DNA of 64,000 nucleotides from Eubacteriales bacterium (GCA_045658185.1 JAZOUQ010000039.1:7702-71701), one strand, 5' to 3'; shown: positions 1-12,440, counted from the stretch's first letter. Numbers and translations: made by a program. Notes: generated by a model from the sequence alone, not told the origin.

Positions 1-993
1 GAAGGTGTTTTCCTTTTCGTCCATTGTGGTATAAACGATCTCGTTGCCGTCCTTGTTCATTGCGAGCATTCTCGAGAAATTCTTGGTAACGGGGTAGGTT
101 GAATACATGTCGTCGATAACCGTTATAACGTGAAGGGTATAACCGGACTCATCGTTAGCGGCAGTCTTTACATAGATTACCTCTCCGTTGTCGGAAAGTG
201 CAACGGGTATATAGCCCCCTTTGTTAAATATGGGACTTTCCTGATGATCCTTGTACATCATCAGCTTATCCGGAACGTTCTCAGCTGCTCCGCTCTTATA
301 GTACACGACGGTTTCTCCATCTCCCGAGATAAGGAAGTAGTGTTCGTCGAAGGTTACGAAAGAACGCTCGGATGCCTTAGACAGCATTGCGTAAGGCCCA
401 TGTTCCTCGGTGTAGTGATAAACGCGGTTTTCACTGGAGTCGTACCAGATAGCAGCAGGTGCAAGAGAAGCAGTGCCAAGAACTTTATCAACGGGATCAA
501 GGGTTATAGTGGTCTGCTTTTTCGTATCCAAAACATAAAGCATTTCACCGTCCTCGGTGGTTTCGATAACGTATGCAAAGGAACGGTCATCAGCTACGAT
601 AAGTTCTATTTCACCTTCATATTCCGCATCCTTTATAGGCTTTCCGTTTACGGCAACGCGATATACGCCATTGTAGTCTTCGTATGCCACAAAGGAATTG
701 CTCTCGCACTTTATATCCTTGCTGATGCTTGATGCTACGAAAACAACACCAACAACCAGAAGGATTATCGCAATAAAAGCGATTACCGCGATAACTACGG
801 GCTTTATGCTGAAGCCGCTACCGTTATTCTTGTTGGGAGCTTTGCCGCCGTTTCTTACAGAACCACTTGTGGAACCGAAGTCGGCTACCTCGTCAGCCTC
901 ACTAAACATAAAAGCATTTTTTGTTGCGTTGCTTTTCGTTGTGTGTCCGTCAGCTCCAACAAAAGCGTGACGGAAGTTATTCTTTAAGAACAT
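1..993 (-). CDS. Hypothetical membrane-anchored protein; the C-terminal part runs off the window
   Basis: It is absent from the ORF track because there is no stop inside the window. My reverse-complement translation from the ATG at 993-991 reads MFLKNNFRHAFVGADGHTT...KPVVIAVIAFIAIILLVVGVVFVASS (one TM helix). An open frame then continues to position 1 (...YSTYPVTKNFSRMLAMNKDGNEIVYTTMDEKENTF). The listed + ORFs 130-732 and 698-970 are antisense shadows. Confidence 0.6.
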   Translation of the reverse strand, partial: MFLKNNFRHAFVGADGHTTKSNATKNAFMFSEADEVADFGSTSGSVRNGGKAPNKNNGSGFSIKPVVIAVIAFIAIILLVVGVVFVASSISKDIKCESNSFVAYEDYNGVYRVAVNGKPIKDAEYEGEIELIVADDRSFAYVIETTEDGEMLYVLDTKKQTTITLDPVDKVLGTASLAPAAIWYDSSENRVYHYTEEHGPYAMLSKASERSFVTFDEHYFLISGDGETVVYYKSGAAENVPDKLMMYKDHQESPIFNKGGYIPVALSDNGEVIYVKTAANDESGYTLHVITVIDDMYSTYPVTKNFSRMLAMNKDGNEIVYTTMDEKENTF

Positions 994-1202
994 ATGTACC
1001 TCCGTATGTGGATAGAATATCCATAAATATTCAAAGATAATATATTATACCATACTATTATAATTATTAAAATAACATATTTTAAATTAACTGTGAACTT
1101 ACCGTGAACTGCTCATAAAAATACCGAAAAAGTGGGGGAAGATTCATAGTAATATACTTCGATTTGGAAAATATGTAAAAAATTCAAAAAAATGTTAATA
1201 AG

Positions 1203-1230
1203 CATAATGCTGACGGTTCAAACATATGAT
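1203..1230 (+). promoter_or_regulatory. Candidate sigma-E-type promoter of the spoIIIA operon
   Basis: CATAAT (1203-1208), a 14-nt spacer, then CATATGAT (1223-1230), about 30 nt upstream of spoIIIAA. It loosely resembles the mother-cell sigma-E consensus (ATATT / CATACA-T). This is a by-eye match only. Confidence 0.25.
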
Positions 1231-1260
1231 TTTACAGAAGGATAAAAGGGAGGACGTGCA

Positions 1261-2214
1261 ATGACTACTATCATAGGACAAGGACGAAGAAAAAAACAAG
1301 AATTACCTAAAATCATCTATGATGTTTTTCCTCCCGAGCTTTGTCTTGCGTTGGAGAGTATCATTGACGATGGAATCCCAATAGACGAGGTAAGACTTCG
1401 AACAGACAGACAGACGACTGTTACGTCATGCGGCAGGAATATTCCGCTTAGGATAAAACTCGGAAGGGGCGTTATCGACGGCATAGTGGATGTGCTGTGC
1501 AACGGCTCTCTTTATGCACATGCCGACACCTTGAACAAGGGGTACATAACATCTCACGGTGTACGGGTGGGTATTGTAGGCAGAGCTGCAGTGGAGGGAG
1601 AGCGGATAATAGGAATTTACGACGTATCGGCACTGTGCTTCAGATTGCCCAGAAGAATAAGACACATAGGAGAGCCTGTTTGCCGATTGCTGAGAGAATT
1701 TAACGGACAGCGTGGTGTGCTTGTGTATTCATTACCAGGGCAAGGAAAGACCACCCTTCTCGGAAGCGTTTGCTATGAACTTGCCACGGGGACGGATGCT
1801 TGGCGTGTTGCGGTTGTGGACACAAGGGGGGAGTTGGGATATTCTCTTTGCGAGAGTGAAGCCTTGGTGGATATTCTTACGGGGTATCCCAGAGGATTGG
1901 GACTTGAGATAGCGGCGAGAACGATGAACGCACAGCTGTGCGTATGTGACGAGATAGGGAGCGAGGCGGAGGCTGAGTCAATAATTGCCGTTCAAAACTG
2001 CGGAGTTCCGCTTCTTGCTACGGCACACGCTGAGGATATAGAGATGCTTTTGCGGAGAACAGGCATTTTGCGTTTGCACAGGGCAAGGATATTCGGTGCT
2101 TACGTTGGAATATCAAGACAGGGAAACGCTAAGGATTATACCTATCGGATAATGAATTGGGAGGAGGCTGATACGCTTGTTGCGAGTAATTGGAGCGGCG
2201 ACAGTTGTAGTTAG
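1261..2214 (+). CDS. spoIIIAA: Stage III sporulation protein AA (AAA+ ATPase of the SpoIIIA-SpoIIQ channel)
   Basis: 317-aa ORF with Walker A GQGKTTLLG. It is the first of eight co-directional genes whose order and sizes match spoIIIAA-AH. Confidence 0.9.
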   Translation: MTTIIGQGRRKKQELPKIIYDVFPPELCLALESIIDDGIPIDEVRLRTDRQTTVTSCGRNIPLRIKLGRGVIDGIVDVLCNGSLYAHADTLNKGYITSHGVRVGIVGRAAVEGERIIGIYDVSALCFRLPRRIRHIGEPVCRLLREFNGQRGVLVYSLPGQGKTTLLGSVCYELATGTDAWRVAVVDTRGELGYSLCESEALVDILTGYPRGLGLEIAARTMNAQLCVCDEIGSEAEAESIIAVQNCGVPLLATAHAEDIEMLLRRTGILRLHRARIFGAYVGISRQGNAKDYTYRIMNWEEADTLVASNWSGDSCS

Positions 2215-2650
2215 CGGAATATATGCTGCCTACCTATTTAACTCAGGAACGAAGCAGACGATCAAACAAACCGAGTCCTTCATATCACTTTTACGTTTTT
2301 TGAGATCGAGGATAGAGTGTTTTGCGTTGCCGCTGCCTTCTGCACTTGCCAGATGTCCTGTTGAAATATTGAGAGGGTGCGGATACGACGGACTTGAGGC
2401 TCCCTCCTCTGTAAAGCGTCTTATGTCGGGGTGCTGTATTTCTGACGATTATGTGAGAAGGACTATGGAGAGGTTCTTTTTAGAGGCGGGAAGAGGATAC
2501 AGAGAGGAGGAGCTGAAGCTTTACGATTACACCGTATCCTTGCTTGAGGAACGGCGTGCGAGTATGGTGTCGCAGCTTCCTATGAAGATAAAGGTAAATT
2601 CCGCACTGTCCATAGCGGGTGCGGTAGCCGTTGTCGTATTGCTGATATAA
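2177..2650 (+). CDS. spoIIIAB: Stage III sporulation protein AB
   Basis: 157 aa. The TTG start lies 9 nt after GGAGGAGG and overlaps spoIIIAA by 38 nt. The N-terminus MLRVIGAATVVVSG is SpoIIIAB-like, and the operon position fits. Confidence 0.8.
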   Translation: MLRVIGAATVVVSGIYAAYLFNSGTKQTIKQTESFISLLRFLRSRIECFALPLPSALARCPVEILRGCGYDGLEAPSSVKRLMSGCCISDDYVRRTMERFFLEAGRGYREEELKLYDYTVSLLEERRASMVSQLPMKIKVNSALSIAGAVAVVVLLI

Positions 2651-2669
2651 AAAATTGAGGTTGTAAATT

Positions 2670-2864
2670 ATGGATGTTAGTCTTATATTGAGGATAGCCG
2701 GTGTTGGGGTGCTTGTGTCCGTGGCGACGGCGGTCCTTAATAAATCGGGAAGAGATGAACAAGCTATGTTCGTTACCGTTGCGGGAGTGATCGTGGTAAT
2801 GCTTATGCTTGTGGAGGAGATCGGAACGCTTTTTGAAAGCGTTCAGTCAGTTTTTGGATTCTGA
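2670..2864 (+). CDS. spoIIIAC: Stage III sporulation protein AC
   Basis: 64-aa two-TM protein (ILRIAGVGVLVSV...). Size and position are typical of SpoIIIAC. Confidence 0.85.
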   Translation: MDVSLILRIAGVGVLVSVATAVLNKSGRDEQAMFVTVAGVIVVMLMLVEEIGTLFESVQSVFGF

Positions 2865-2873
2865 GGACTTGAA

Positions 2874-3266
2874 ATGGAAGTTGATATTCTGAAAATATGC
2901 GGTGTGGGGGTGATATGCTCCGTAATTTGTGCCGTTATAGGAAAGCTTGTCGGCGGAATCAACGTTGCAATAAGAATTGGCGGACTTGTGCTTGTGCTTG
3001 GCTGTGCCGTTGCTTTTCTCGGTCGGATAAGTGAAACGGTTGTTTTAATAGGCGACGGTATGGGCGGCGATTACATAGATCTTATGATCAAAGGACTTGG
3101 AATTATAACGCTTGGGAGAATATGTGCCGACATTTGCCGCGATTGCGGAGAGGGGACTGTGGCATCTGCCGTAGAAACTTGCGTTAAGCTTGCCGTTTTG
3201 TTACTTGCACTTCCTTCCGTAACGGGGATATTGCAGTCGTTTGAGCAGTTACTTGCTGAGGTTTGA
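2874..3266 (+). CDS. spoIIIAD: Stage III sporulation protein AD
   Basis: 130-aa polytopic protein (ILKICGVGVICSV...), paralog-like to AC. The operon position fits. Confidence 0.85.
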   Translation: MEVDILKICGVGVICSVICAVIGKLVGGINVAIRIGGLVLVLGCAVAFLGRISETVVLIGDGMGGDYIDLMIKGLGIITLGRICADICRDCGEGTVASAVETCVKLAVLLLALPSVTGILQSFEQLLAEV

Positions 3267-3269
3267 AAA

Positions 3270-4409
3270 ATGAGGGCGATACGGCTGATTGCATTTATTT
3301 TAGCATTTTTAACGGTAACTTGTTGCTTTTATATTTCCGCGGCGGCTGAAAATACCGAGGAGGACAAGATATTTGAGGCACTGGCAGAAGCGGCAGACGA
3401 TGTGGCGGACGGGTCAGAGGGACAGATAGCGGACGACCTGTCGGGGGCGGCGGAGAATATGGCACAGACCACGATGGAAATGCTTTCTCCCCAAAGAACA
3501 CTTTCCGAAATATTAGGCATAGGATATGCAACGCTTCCCCGAGTGCTGAGGCTGTTGTGTGTGCTTCTTGGAGTTGTTGCGATATCGGCTGTGTGTAATT
3601 CTGTGGGAGATGCTATGAGCGGTGCTTCGGATAGGGTTGGATTTCTAAGCTCTGCGGTAATAATAACCGTTATTTTAGGAGCACAGATGGATATTCTTCT
3701 GGGAGTAACTGGTTTTTTTGACCGTCTGGGTGCTTTGATGGGAAGTATGATACCTATAACGGGGGCGGTTTGGGCTATGGGAGGAAATGTGACCGGTGCA
3801 GGTGTAGGGACACTTACTCTTGGTGCTATGCTGATATTTTTGGAGAAATTTTGCAGAATATCCGTGATCCCAGTAAGTTGTATTTGCCTTGTAGCGGCAA
3901 TAACCACGGGGCTTTCGGACGGAATACTCGAGGGCTTTTCTGCCGGTGTGAAAAGAATATATGGGTTTGTAGTGGGCGTCGTTATGACGGTTCTTGTTTT
4001 TTGTCTCGGTTCTCAAACGTCTATTACAAGTGCCGCGGATACACTTACGGCACGAGGTGCAAAGACACTTGCATCGACTATGATACCCGGTGTGGGCGGT
4101 GCTGTGGGAGATACGCTGAGGACGGTGGCGGGAAGTGTATCTTATGTGAAAAGCATCGTTGGAATAGGAGGGATATTACTTATCGCGGCGGTTACTCTGC
4201 CAACTCTTATCGGATTACTGCTATCCAGAGGGGTAATTCTTATTTCTTCCGTTGCGGCAGATATGCTTGGATGCAGACGTGAGCAGAAAATGCTCTCGGA
4301 GATCAGTAACGTGTACGGACTTTTGTTGGGAGCTGTTTCCATATCCTCTGTTGCGTTTGCCGTTGCTATGGGGATCTTTGTTAAATGCACTGTGGCTGTG
4401 GGGGGATAA
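3270..4409 (+). CDS. spoIIIAE: Stage III sporulation protein AE (polytopic permease-like component)
   Basis: 379 aa with a signal-like N-terminus and multiple TM helices. It is the fifth gene of the operon. Confidence 0.9.
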   Translation: MRAIRLIAFILAFLTVTCCFYISAAAENTEEDKIFEALAEAADDVADGSEGQIADDLSGAAENMAQTTMEMLSPQRTLSEILGIGYATLPRVLRLLCVLLGVVAISAVCNSVGDAMSGASDRVGFLSSAVIITVILGAQMDILLGVTGFFDRLGALMGSMIPITGAVWAMGGNVTGAGVGTLTLGAMLIFLEKFCRISVIPVSCICLVAAITTGLSDGILEGFSAGVKRIYGFVVGVVMTVLVFCLGSQTSITSAADTLTARGAKTLASTMIPGVGGAVGDTLRTVAGSVSYVKSIVGIGGILLIAAVTLPTLIGLLLSRGVILISSVAADMLGCRREQKMLSEISNVYGLLLGAVSISSVAFAVAMGIFVKCTVAVGG

Positions 4410-4892
4410 ATGAGGGAATATCTTCTTGGATTGACGTTGACCTGCATTTCAGCAGCTATTGTAAAATCTGCGGCGGATGACGGTGGAGCGAAAAAATATA
4501 TAGATACCTTGTGTTCATTGTGCGTGGTATGTGCATTGGTATTGCCTGTTTTACCTATGATTTCACACATTGATGAATACGATCTGTCGGAATTCTTTAA
4601 CGAAAATTCATTAACGGTTATGGAGTCGGAGAGCGTTCAGATATACAATGATTATTTGCATTCGGTAAGCATTGGACAGGCAGAGTATTCTATTGAAGCG
4701 GAGATATGTACCCAACTCGATATAAAAGAGGAAGAGGTGGAGATACAGTTGTTTTCGGATACCGTGGACGACAGAATTATATTAACCGAAGCGGTAGTGT
4801 ATCTTTATGGCGGTGCAGTTACTAAAGACCCATCTGTCATAAAAGATTATATACAGCAGAAAACGGGCGTTAACTGTCGAATAATATACTAA
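4410..4892 (+). CDS. spoIIIAF: Stage III sporulation protein AF
   Basis: 160 aa. The ATG directly abuts the spoIIIAE stop (TAAATG). Two N-terminal TM helices are followed by a soluble domain. The call rests on position. Confidence 0.7.
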   Translation: MREYLLGLTLTCISAAIVKSAADDGGAKKYIDTLCSLCVVCALVLPVLPMISHIDEYDLSEFFNENSLTVMESESVQIYNDYLHSVSIGQAEYSIEAEICTQLDIKEEEVEIQLFSDTVDDRIILTEAVVYLYGGAVTKDPSVIKDYIQQKTGVNCRIIY

Positions 4893-4957
4893 ATAATTGT
4901 TGAAAAATATAACAATTATAAATAATCTTCATTAAATTTATTTGACAAAGGATTTTA

Positions 4958-5455
4958 ATGATGGAAAAAACAAACAAATATAAAAATAAACGTCAAAAAT
5001 TTATATTAATATTGTTCTGCATAATTGCGGGTGTTGCGTTGCTTGTATTTGGAGATGCGAAAAAAGAGGATACCGATACCGTGACATCGACTCGTGACGA
5101 CTACACTATGACGGAAGAATATGCAAATATGCTGGAGAAGAGAGTAGCACAAATATGCTCGGAGGTAAAGGGCGTGTCCGACGTGGAGGTGTTTGTGAGC
5201 CTTTCGGGAGGATACAGGACGGTTTATGCGTACGATTCTCAATCCACCTCGTCGGGACATAAGAGCCAGCTTGTTATGTCGGGAAGCGGTTCGGACAAAA
5301 AAGCGGTGATCTCGGCATATGAATATCCTGAAATATCGGGAGTGGGTATAGTTTACAAGGGAACGGACAGTGCCGCGGTAAGGGCACAGATGGTAGCTCT
5401 CGTATCGGCGTCGCTGGATATAAGCACCAATAAAATTTTTGTTGCCGTAGGGTAG
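4958..5455 (+). CDS. spoIIIAG: Stage III sporulation protein AG
   Basis: 165 aa with an N-terminal TM helix and a C-terminal region (YEYPEISGVGIVYKG...) consistent with the ring-forming SpoIIIAG domain. The position fits. Confidence 0.75.
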   Translation: MMEKTNKYKNKRQKFILILFCIIAGVALLVFGDAKKEDTDTVTSTRDDYTMTEEYANMLEKRVAQICSEVKGVSDVEVFVSLSGGYRTVYAYDSQSTSSGHKSQLVMSGSGSDKKAVISAYEYPEISGVGIVYKGTDSAAVRAQMVALVSASLDISTNKIFVAVG

Positions 5456-5544
5456 CGTATTTTGAATGTTTAGAGTAAAGTCATAAAAGTATAAAAAAGT
5501 CAATATAATGTAACGTAAACTTAAAATTTTCGGAGGAGTATAGT

Positions 5545-6117
5545 ATGAAATTTGATAACGTAAAGACGAAAGTAACCGATTTTTGCAGAAGAGTTGGAAA
5601 AAGAAACTTTATTATTTTCGGTGCAGTTGTGCTTACCGTTGTAGCAGTGGCAGTTAACGTGGCTGTTTTTTCTGTGAAGGATGATGGCTACAATTATGAC
5701 CAGAGTGCGGGTATGGATGCAGGAACAGGTGCGGAACCCACTCCCGAAACTACGCCCCAGGACGAGAGTGTGGATTCTTATTTTTCAAGCATACAGGTAG
5801 ACCGTCAGCGTACTCGCGACGAGGCTATAGAGGTTCTTCAATCCGTAGTGGATAACGATGCGTCCACGGAAGCCGCGAAGAATGAGGCGTTGGCACAGAT
5901 AAACAAGTTGGCAGACATAATGGAGGCAGAGTCTAACATAGAAACGCTCATCGTTGCCAAGGGGTTTGAGGAATGTGTTGCGGTTATAAGTGATGGCTCT
6001 GCAAACATAGTCGTAAGATCTGAAGGACTTCAACCTGCACAGATATCCCAGATAAACGAGATAGTATACGAGCAGTCGGGAATAAAGCCCGTTAACATAA
6101 AAATAATAGAGAGATAA
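5545..6117 (+). CDS. spoIIIAH: Stage III sporulation protein AH
   Basis: 190 aa with an N-terminal TM helix, a low-complexity linker and a C-terminal domain (IETLIVAKGFEECVAVISDGSANIVV) like the YscJ/FliF-type fold of SpoIIIAH. It is the last canonical operon gene. Confidence 0.7.
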   Translation: MKFDNVKTKVTDFCRRVGKRNFIIFGAVVLTVVAVAVNVAVFSVKDDGYNYDQSAGMDAGTGAEPTPETTPQDESVDSYFSSIQVDRQRTRDEAIEVLQSVVDNDASTEAAKNEALAQINKLADIMEAESNIETLIVAKGFEECVAVISDGSANIVVRSEGLQPAQISQINEIVYEQSGIKPVNIKIIER

Positions 6118-6149
6118 GTAAAACGTATCTTGCGGAAAGGAACTCGGCT

Positions 6150-7208
6150 ATGTCAGAAACCAAGAGCAGAAGAGCTTTTTTTGCGGCGGCAAACTCGGGA
6201 GAGGGCTTCGTCAGTATGTTTGAGGAAATATTTTTCGGAGAAAATATAAAGCGGCGATATATAATAAAGGGAGGACCCGGAACAGGGAAGAGCAGCTTTA
6301 TGAAAAAAGTAGGTGCTTTTGCCGAAAGACAGGGTGCTGACGTTGAATATTACTACTGTTCCTCCGACACAGCCTCTATTGACGGTTTGGTTATAAACGG
6401 TGAGATTGCTATGCTTGATGGAACAGCTCCTCATTCTTACGATACGGTAGCTCCCGGTTACGTAGACAGTATTATCGATTTGGGAGTGTTTTGGAGTGAG
6501 CAAAGGCTCTCGGATAACAAAGCGGAGCTTATAAATCTCTCTGAACGAAAAAAGAGGGCGTATAGTAGAGGATATTGCTACTTGTCTGCGGTGTTAAAAA
6601 CTGATTTTGCAGCCGATAGGCTTATACTTCCTTGTGTTAAAACAGATAAGATGATTTCTGCGGCGGCTCGTGATATTGCAAGACTGGGACTTAAGGGGAA
6701 AGGTAAAGTCGTCACTCGTCAGACGTCAGCGTTCGGAACGGCGGGAGAGGTATATTTGCCAACGTACACGGATTCTGCTGCTCGCGTTTACTATGTGGAG
6801 GATATTTGCGGTGTTTCAGCCTTGTATCTTGGTGAGCTCGAGCTACTTGCAAAAAAAATGGGATACGAGGCAATGGTTTCATATGACACGTTCAACAGAG
6901 GAAAGGTGAAGGAGATATTTTTCCCCGAAACCTCAGACTGCTTTACTTCTATGGCTCAGCCCACATCCGACGAGAGTGCAAAAATAAATACGAAAAGATT
7001 TCTGGACGTAGTTGCTTTTTCCGAGGTGCGGCGGCTGTACCGTGCGACGGTGCAGTGCAGAGATCGGCTGAAGCAGCTTGCTGAGGAATCATTGGCGGAG
7101 GCGGGAAGCGTACACGCAGAGATGGAAGGATATTACGTTTCGGCAATGGATTTTTCGGGACTTGAAAAGTATTGCCAGGAGTTTATTGACAAATTGTCAG
7201 CTTTGTGA
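6150..7208 (+). CDS. Uncharacterised P-loop NTPase conserved in Firmicutes
   Basis: 352 aa with Walker A IIKGGPGTGKSSFMKKVG. The blocks AANSGEGFVSMF, YYYCSSDTASIDGLVI and LDGTAPHSYD match my recollection of an uncharacterised Bacillus/Clostridium ATPase family. It starts 32 nt after spoIIIAH on the same strand. Confidence 0.8.
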   Translation: MSETKSRRAFFAAANSGEGFVSMFEEIFFGENIKRRYIIKGGPGTGKSSFMKKVGAFAERQGADVEYYYCSSDTASIDGLVINGEIAMLDGTAPHSYDTVAPGYVDSIIDLGVFWSEQRLSDNKAELINLSERKKRAYSRGYCYLSAVLKTDFAADRLILPCVKTDKMISAAARDIARLGLKGKGKVVTRQTSAFGTAGEVYLPTYTDSAARVYYVEDICGVSALYLGELELLAKKMGYEAMVSYDTFNRGKVKEIFFPETSDCFTSMAQPTSDESAKINTKRFLDVVAFSEVRRLYRATVQCRDRLKQLAEESLAEAGSVHAEMEGYYVSAMDFSGLEKYCQEFIDKLSAL

Positions 7209-7214
7209 TATAAT
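7186..7214 (+). promoter_or_regulatory. Sigma-A promoter of rnpB
   Basis: TTGACA (7186-7191), a 17-nt spacer, then TGaTATAAT (-10 at 7209-7214). The predicted transcription start falls near 7221, the first base of RNase P helix P1. The promoter lies inside and just after the last codons of the ATPase gene. Confidence 0.5.
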
Positions 7215-7220
7215 TTTACG

Positions 7221-7572
7221 GTAACTTCGTTAAACGGTCGCGCGGTATTGAGCCGAAAGGTATTACCGTGAGGAAAGTCCGGGCTTCACAGGGCAGGATA
7301 ACTGATAACGTCAGCCGAAGGTGACTTCAGGGAAAGTGCAACAGAAATATACCGCCTCGAAAGAGGTAAGGATGGAAAGGCGAGGTAAGAGCTCACCCGC
7401 TTCTATGGTAACATAGCGGCGCTGTAAACCCTATCCGAAGCAACACCGCAGTCGGATGTTTGCCCGACACATATCCGCAGGTGGCACGGGGATACCCCCG
7501 AAGCTTATCGGTGACGATAAGCGAAGATTGATGACCGTTCACGACAGAACCCGGCTTACAGACGGAGTTACA
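7221..7572 (+). ncRNA. rnpB: RNase P RNA, bacterial type A
   Basis: Universal P4 strands GAGGAAAGTCCGGGC (from about 7270) and ACAGAACCCGGCTTA (about 7545-7559). P1 pairs GTAACTTCGT (7221-7230) with ACGGAGTTAC (7562-7571). GGTAAGAGCTCACC is a type-A block. Length is about 350 nt. Confidence 0.9.
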
Positions 7573-7630
7573 GCCGCCGACCAAGGCAACTCTTCTTTGA
7601 GGAGAGAGATCTTGGTCGGCGGCTTTTTTA
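7573..7630 (+). terminator. Intrinsic terminator of rnpB
   Basis: A 13-bp stem, GCCGCCGACCAAG (7573-7585) with CTTGGTCGGCGGC (7611-7623), followed by TTTTTTA. Confidence 0.8.
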
Positions 7631-7982
7631 TTTGCCGTTTTTGTTTTTGTTGCATAAAATGAATTTTTTCACTTTTGGGGTAGATTTGAGCTGTGAATTC
7701 GTGGAAAACAAGGAGTTTTTTGAAAAAATTCAAATTAATTTTCTATAAAAATTTATTTGCAGCTGTCAAAAAATACGATTTTTTCATCAAAAAATGAATA
7801 AAAAGGCATAAAAAATAAGGCGCATGCATAATATCTGAATAAAAAATGAAAAAAATGGCAAAAAATGCTCTCTTTTGCATAAAAGTGTGATTAAATCGTG
7901 TTTTGGGTGAATGTTTTTTCGGAAAAGTGATGTGTTATAATTAGCGTACGATTCACAAAATCGAAAGGAAAGGACTTTTTAT

Positions 7983-8270
7983 ATGTGTATTCAGTTAAAA
8001 AAAGATGGCGTAACAATATGTGCGTTAGAAGAAAAAAGAATTGAGGCGTGTGAATATACACTTCATTCTATCAGCATAGGCGGAATTGAAAGATTTATTT
8101 TAAGTGCAAAGACCGATGCTGACACCGATATTCAAATGGTGGGTGGAAATAAAGCACAGGCTGAGGAGCTGTTCCGACTTATATGCCACAATCAAATATC
8201 CTGCTGTCACTTGGAGGAGGTCGCAGACGATTATAGGAAGCAGATAAAATACGGTGCGTTTCAAATTTGA
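7983..8270 (+). CDS. Hypothetical small Cys/His-containing protein
   Basis: 95-aa ORF preceded by GAAAGGAAAGGA. It contains the C-terminal cluster LICHNQISCCHLEE. I recognise no family. Confidence 0.5.
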   Translation: MCIQLKKDGVTICALEEKRIEACEYTLHSISIGGIERFILSAKTDADTDIQMVGGNKAQAEELFRLICHNQISCCHLEEVADDYRKQIKYGAFQI

Positions 8271-8287
8271 ATTAATTATAAAAACTC

Positions 8288-8316
8288 TTTACTTTTTGGG
8301 TGAAGTATGGTAAAAT
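8288..8316 (+). promoter_or_regulatory. Candidate sigma-A promoter of nrdR
   Basis: TTTACT (8288-8293), a 17-nt spacer, then TGgTAAAAT (-10 at 8311-8316). Confidence 0.4.
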
Positions 8317-8349
8317 ATACGGGAACAAATATAAAAGAGGTGTTATGAT

Positions 8350-11517
<3,168 letters not shown>

Positions 11518-11583
11518 TCTCCGTATGTTTTTATTACATTATATTCGAAGAGGGCAAAAAAATGATAGGAAAGGCAGTTGCTT

Positions 11584-12438
11584 ATGATAGATACCGAAAA
11601 AAATAAAACGCAGGGCGGTACGCTTTATCTTGTGGCTACGCCCATAGGTAACCTTGCAGATATAAGCGAGAGAGCGGTAAAGGTGCTGTCGGAGGTGGAC
11701 TTTATTGCCGCCGAGGACACACGCAATACGCTCCGTTTACTTACGGCACTTGGCATATCAAAGACCTTGATAGCCTACCACGACCATAACCGCCGAGAGG
11801 CGGGGGAGAGAATAGCTGAGAGGCTTTCGGGAGGCGAGAGCTGTGCATTGGTTACCGACGCGGGAACACCTGCAATTTCCGACCCCGGAGAGGATATAGT
11901 CGTTCTGTGTGCGGAGCGTGGAATTCCCGTAACTTCAATACCTGGAGCTTGTGCATTCGTGACGGCTCTTACTCTTTCGGCACTTCCCACCTCACGCTTT
12001 TGCTTTGAGGGGTTTTTGCCCGTAAAGGGAAAGGAGCGACGGGAAAGGCTTGACGTGTTGGCAAAGGAAACCCGTACCTTTATTTTGCACGAAGCACCCC
12101 ATAAATTAAAGGCAACTCTTGCCGACCTCTGCGATATACTTGGAAAGGAACGCCGTATTTCGCTTTGCAGAGAGCTGACCAAGTTCAACGAGGACGTTTT
12201 CCGTACTACTCTTGGCGAGGCTGTGGAGCATTACCAAACCCACGAGCCGAGAGGGGAATACGTGCTGGTCATTGAGGGCGGCAACGGAGTATCGGAGAAC
12301 GAGCAGGTAAATATGTCACCTGCCGAAGCAGTAGCCTACTACGAGGAAAAGGGAATGAGCCGCAACGAGGCTGTAAAGTCGGCGGCAAAGCTGCTGGGAC
12401 TTCCTCGCAACGAGGTTTATAAATATACGATAGGATAA
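11584..12438 (+). CDS. rsmI: 16S rRNA (cytidine1402-2'-O)-methyltransferase
   Basis: TLYLVATPIGNLADISERAVKVLSEVDFIAAEDTRNT is the canonical RsmI N-terminus. I prefer the ATG at 11584 (10 nt after GGAAAGG) over the TTG at 11578. Confidence 0.9.
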   Translation: MIDTEKNKTQGGTLYLVATPIGNLADISERAVKVLSEVDFIAAEDTRNTLRLLTALGISKTLIAYHDHNRREAGERIAERLSGGESCALVTDAGTPAISDPGEDIVVLCAERGIPVTSIPGACAFVTALTLSALPTSRFCFEGFLPVKGKERRERLDVLAKETRTFILHEAPHKLKATLADLCDILGKERRISLCRELTKFNEDVFRTTLGEAVEHYQTHEPRGEYVLVIEGGNGVSENEQVNMSPAEAVAYYEEKGMSRNEAVKSAAKLLGLPRNEVYKYTIG

Positions 12439-12440
12439 AT

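Noticed and set aside
130-970. Plus-strand ORFs of 200 aa and 90 aa at the window start
   Set aside because: The minus strand carries an uninterrupted frame from 993 to 1 with a sensible TM helix and domain composition. The plus-strand ORFs are its antisense shadows.
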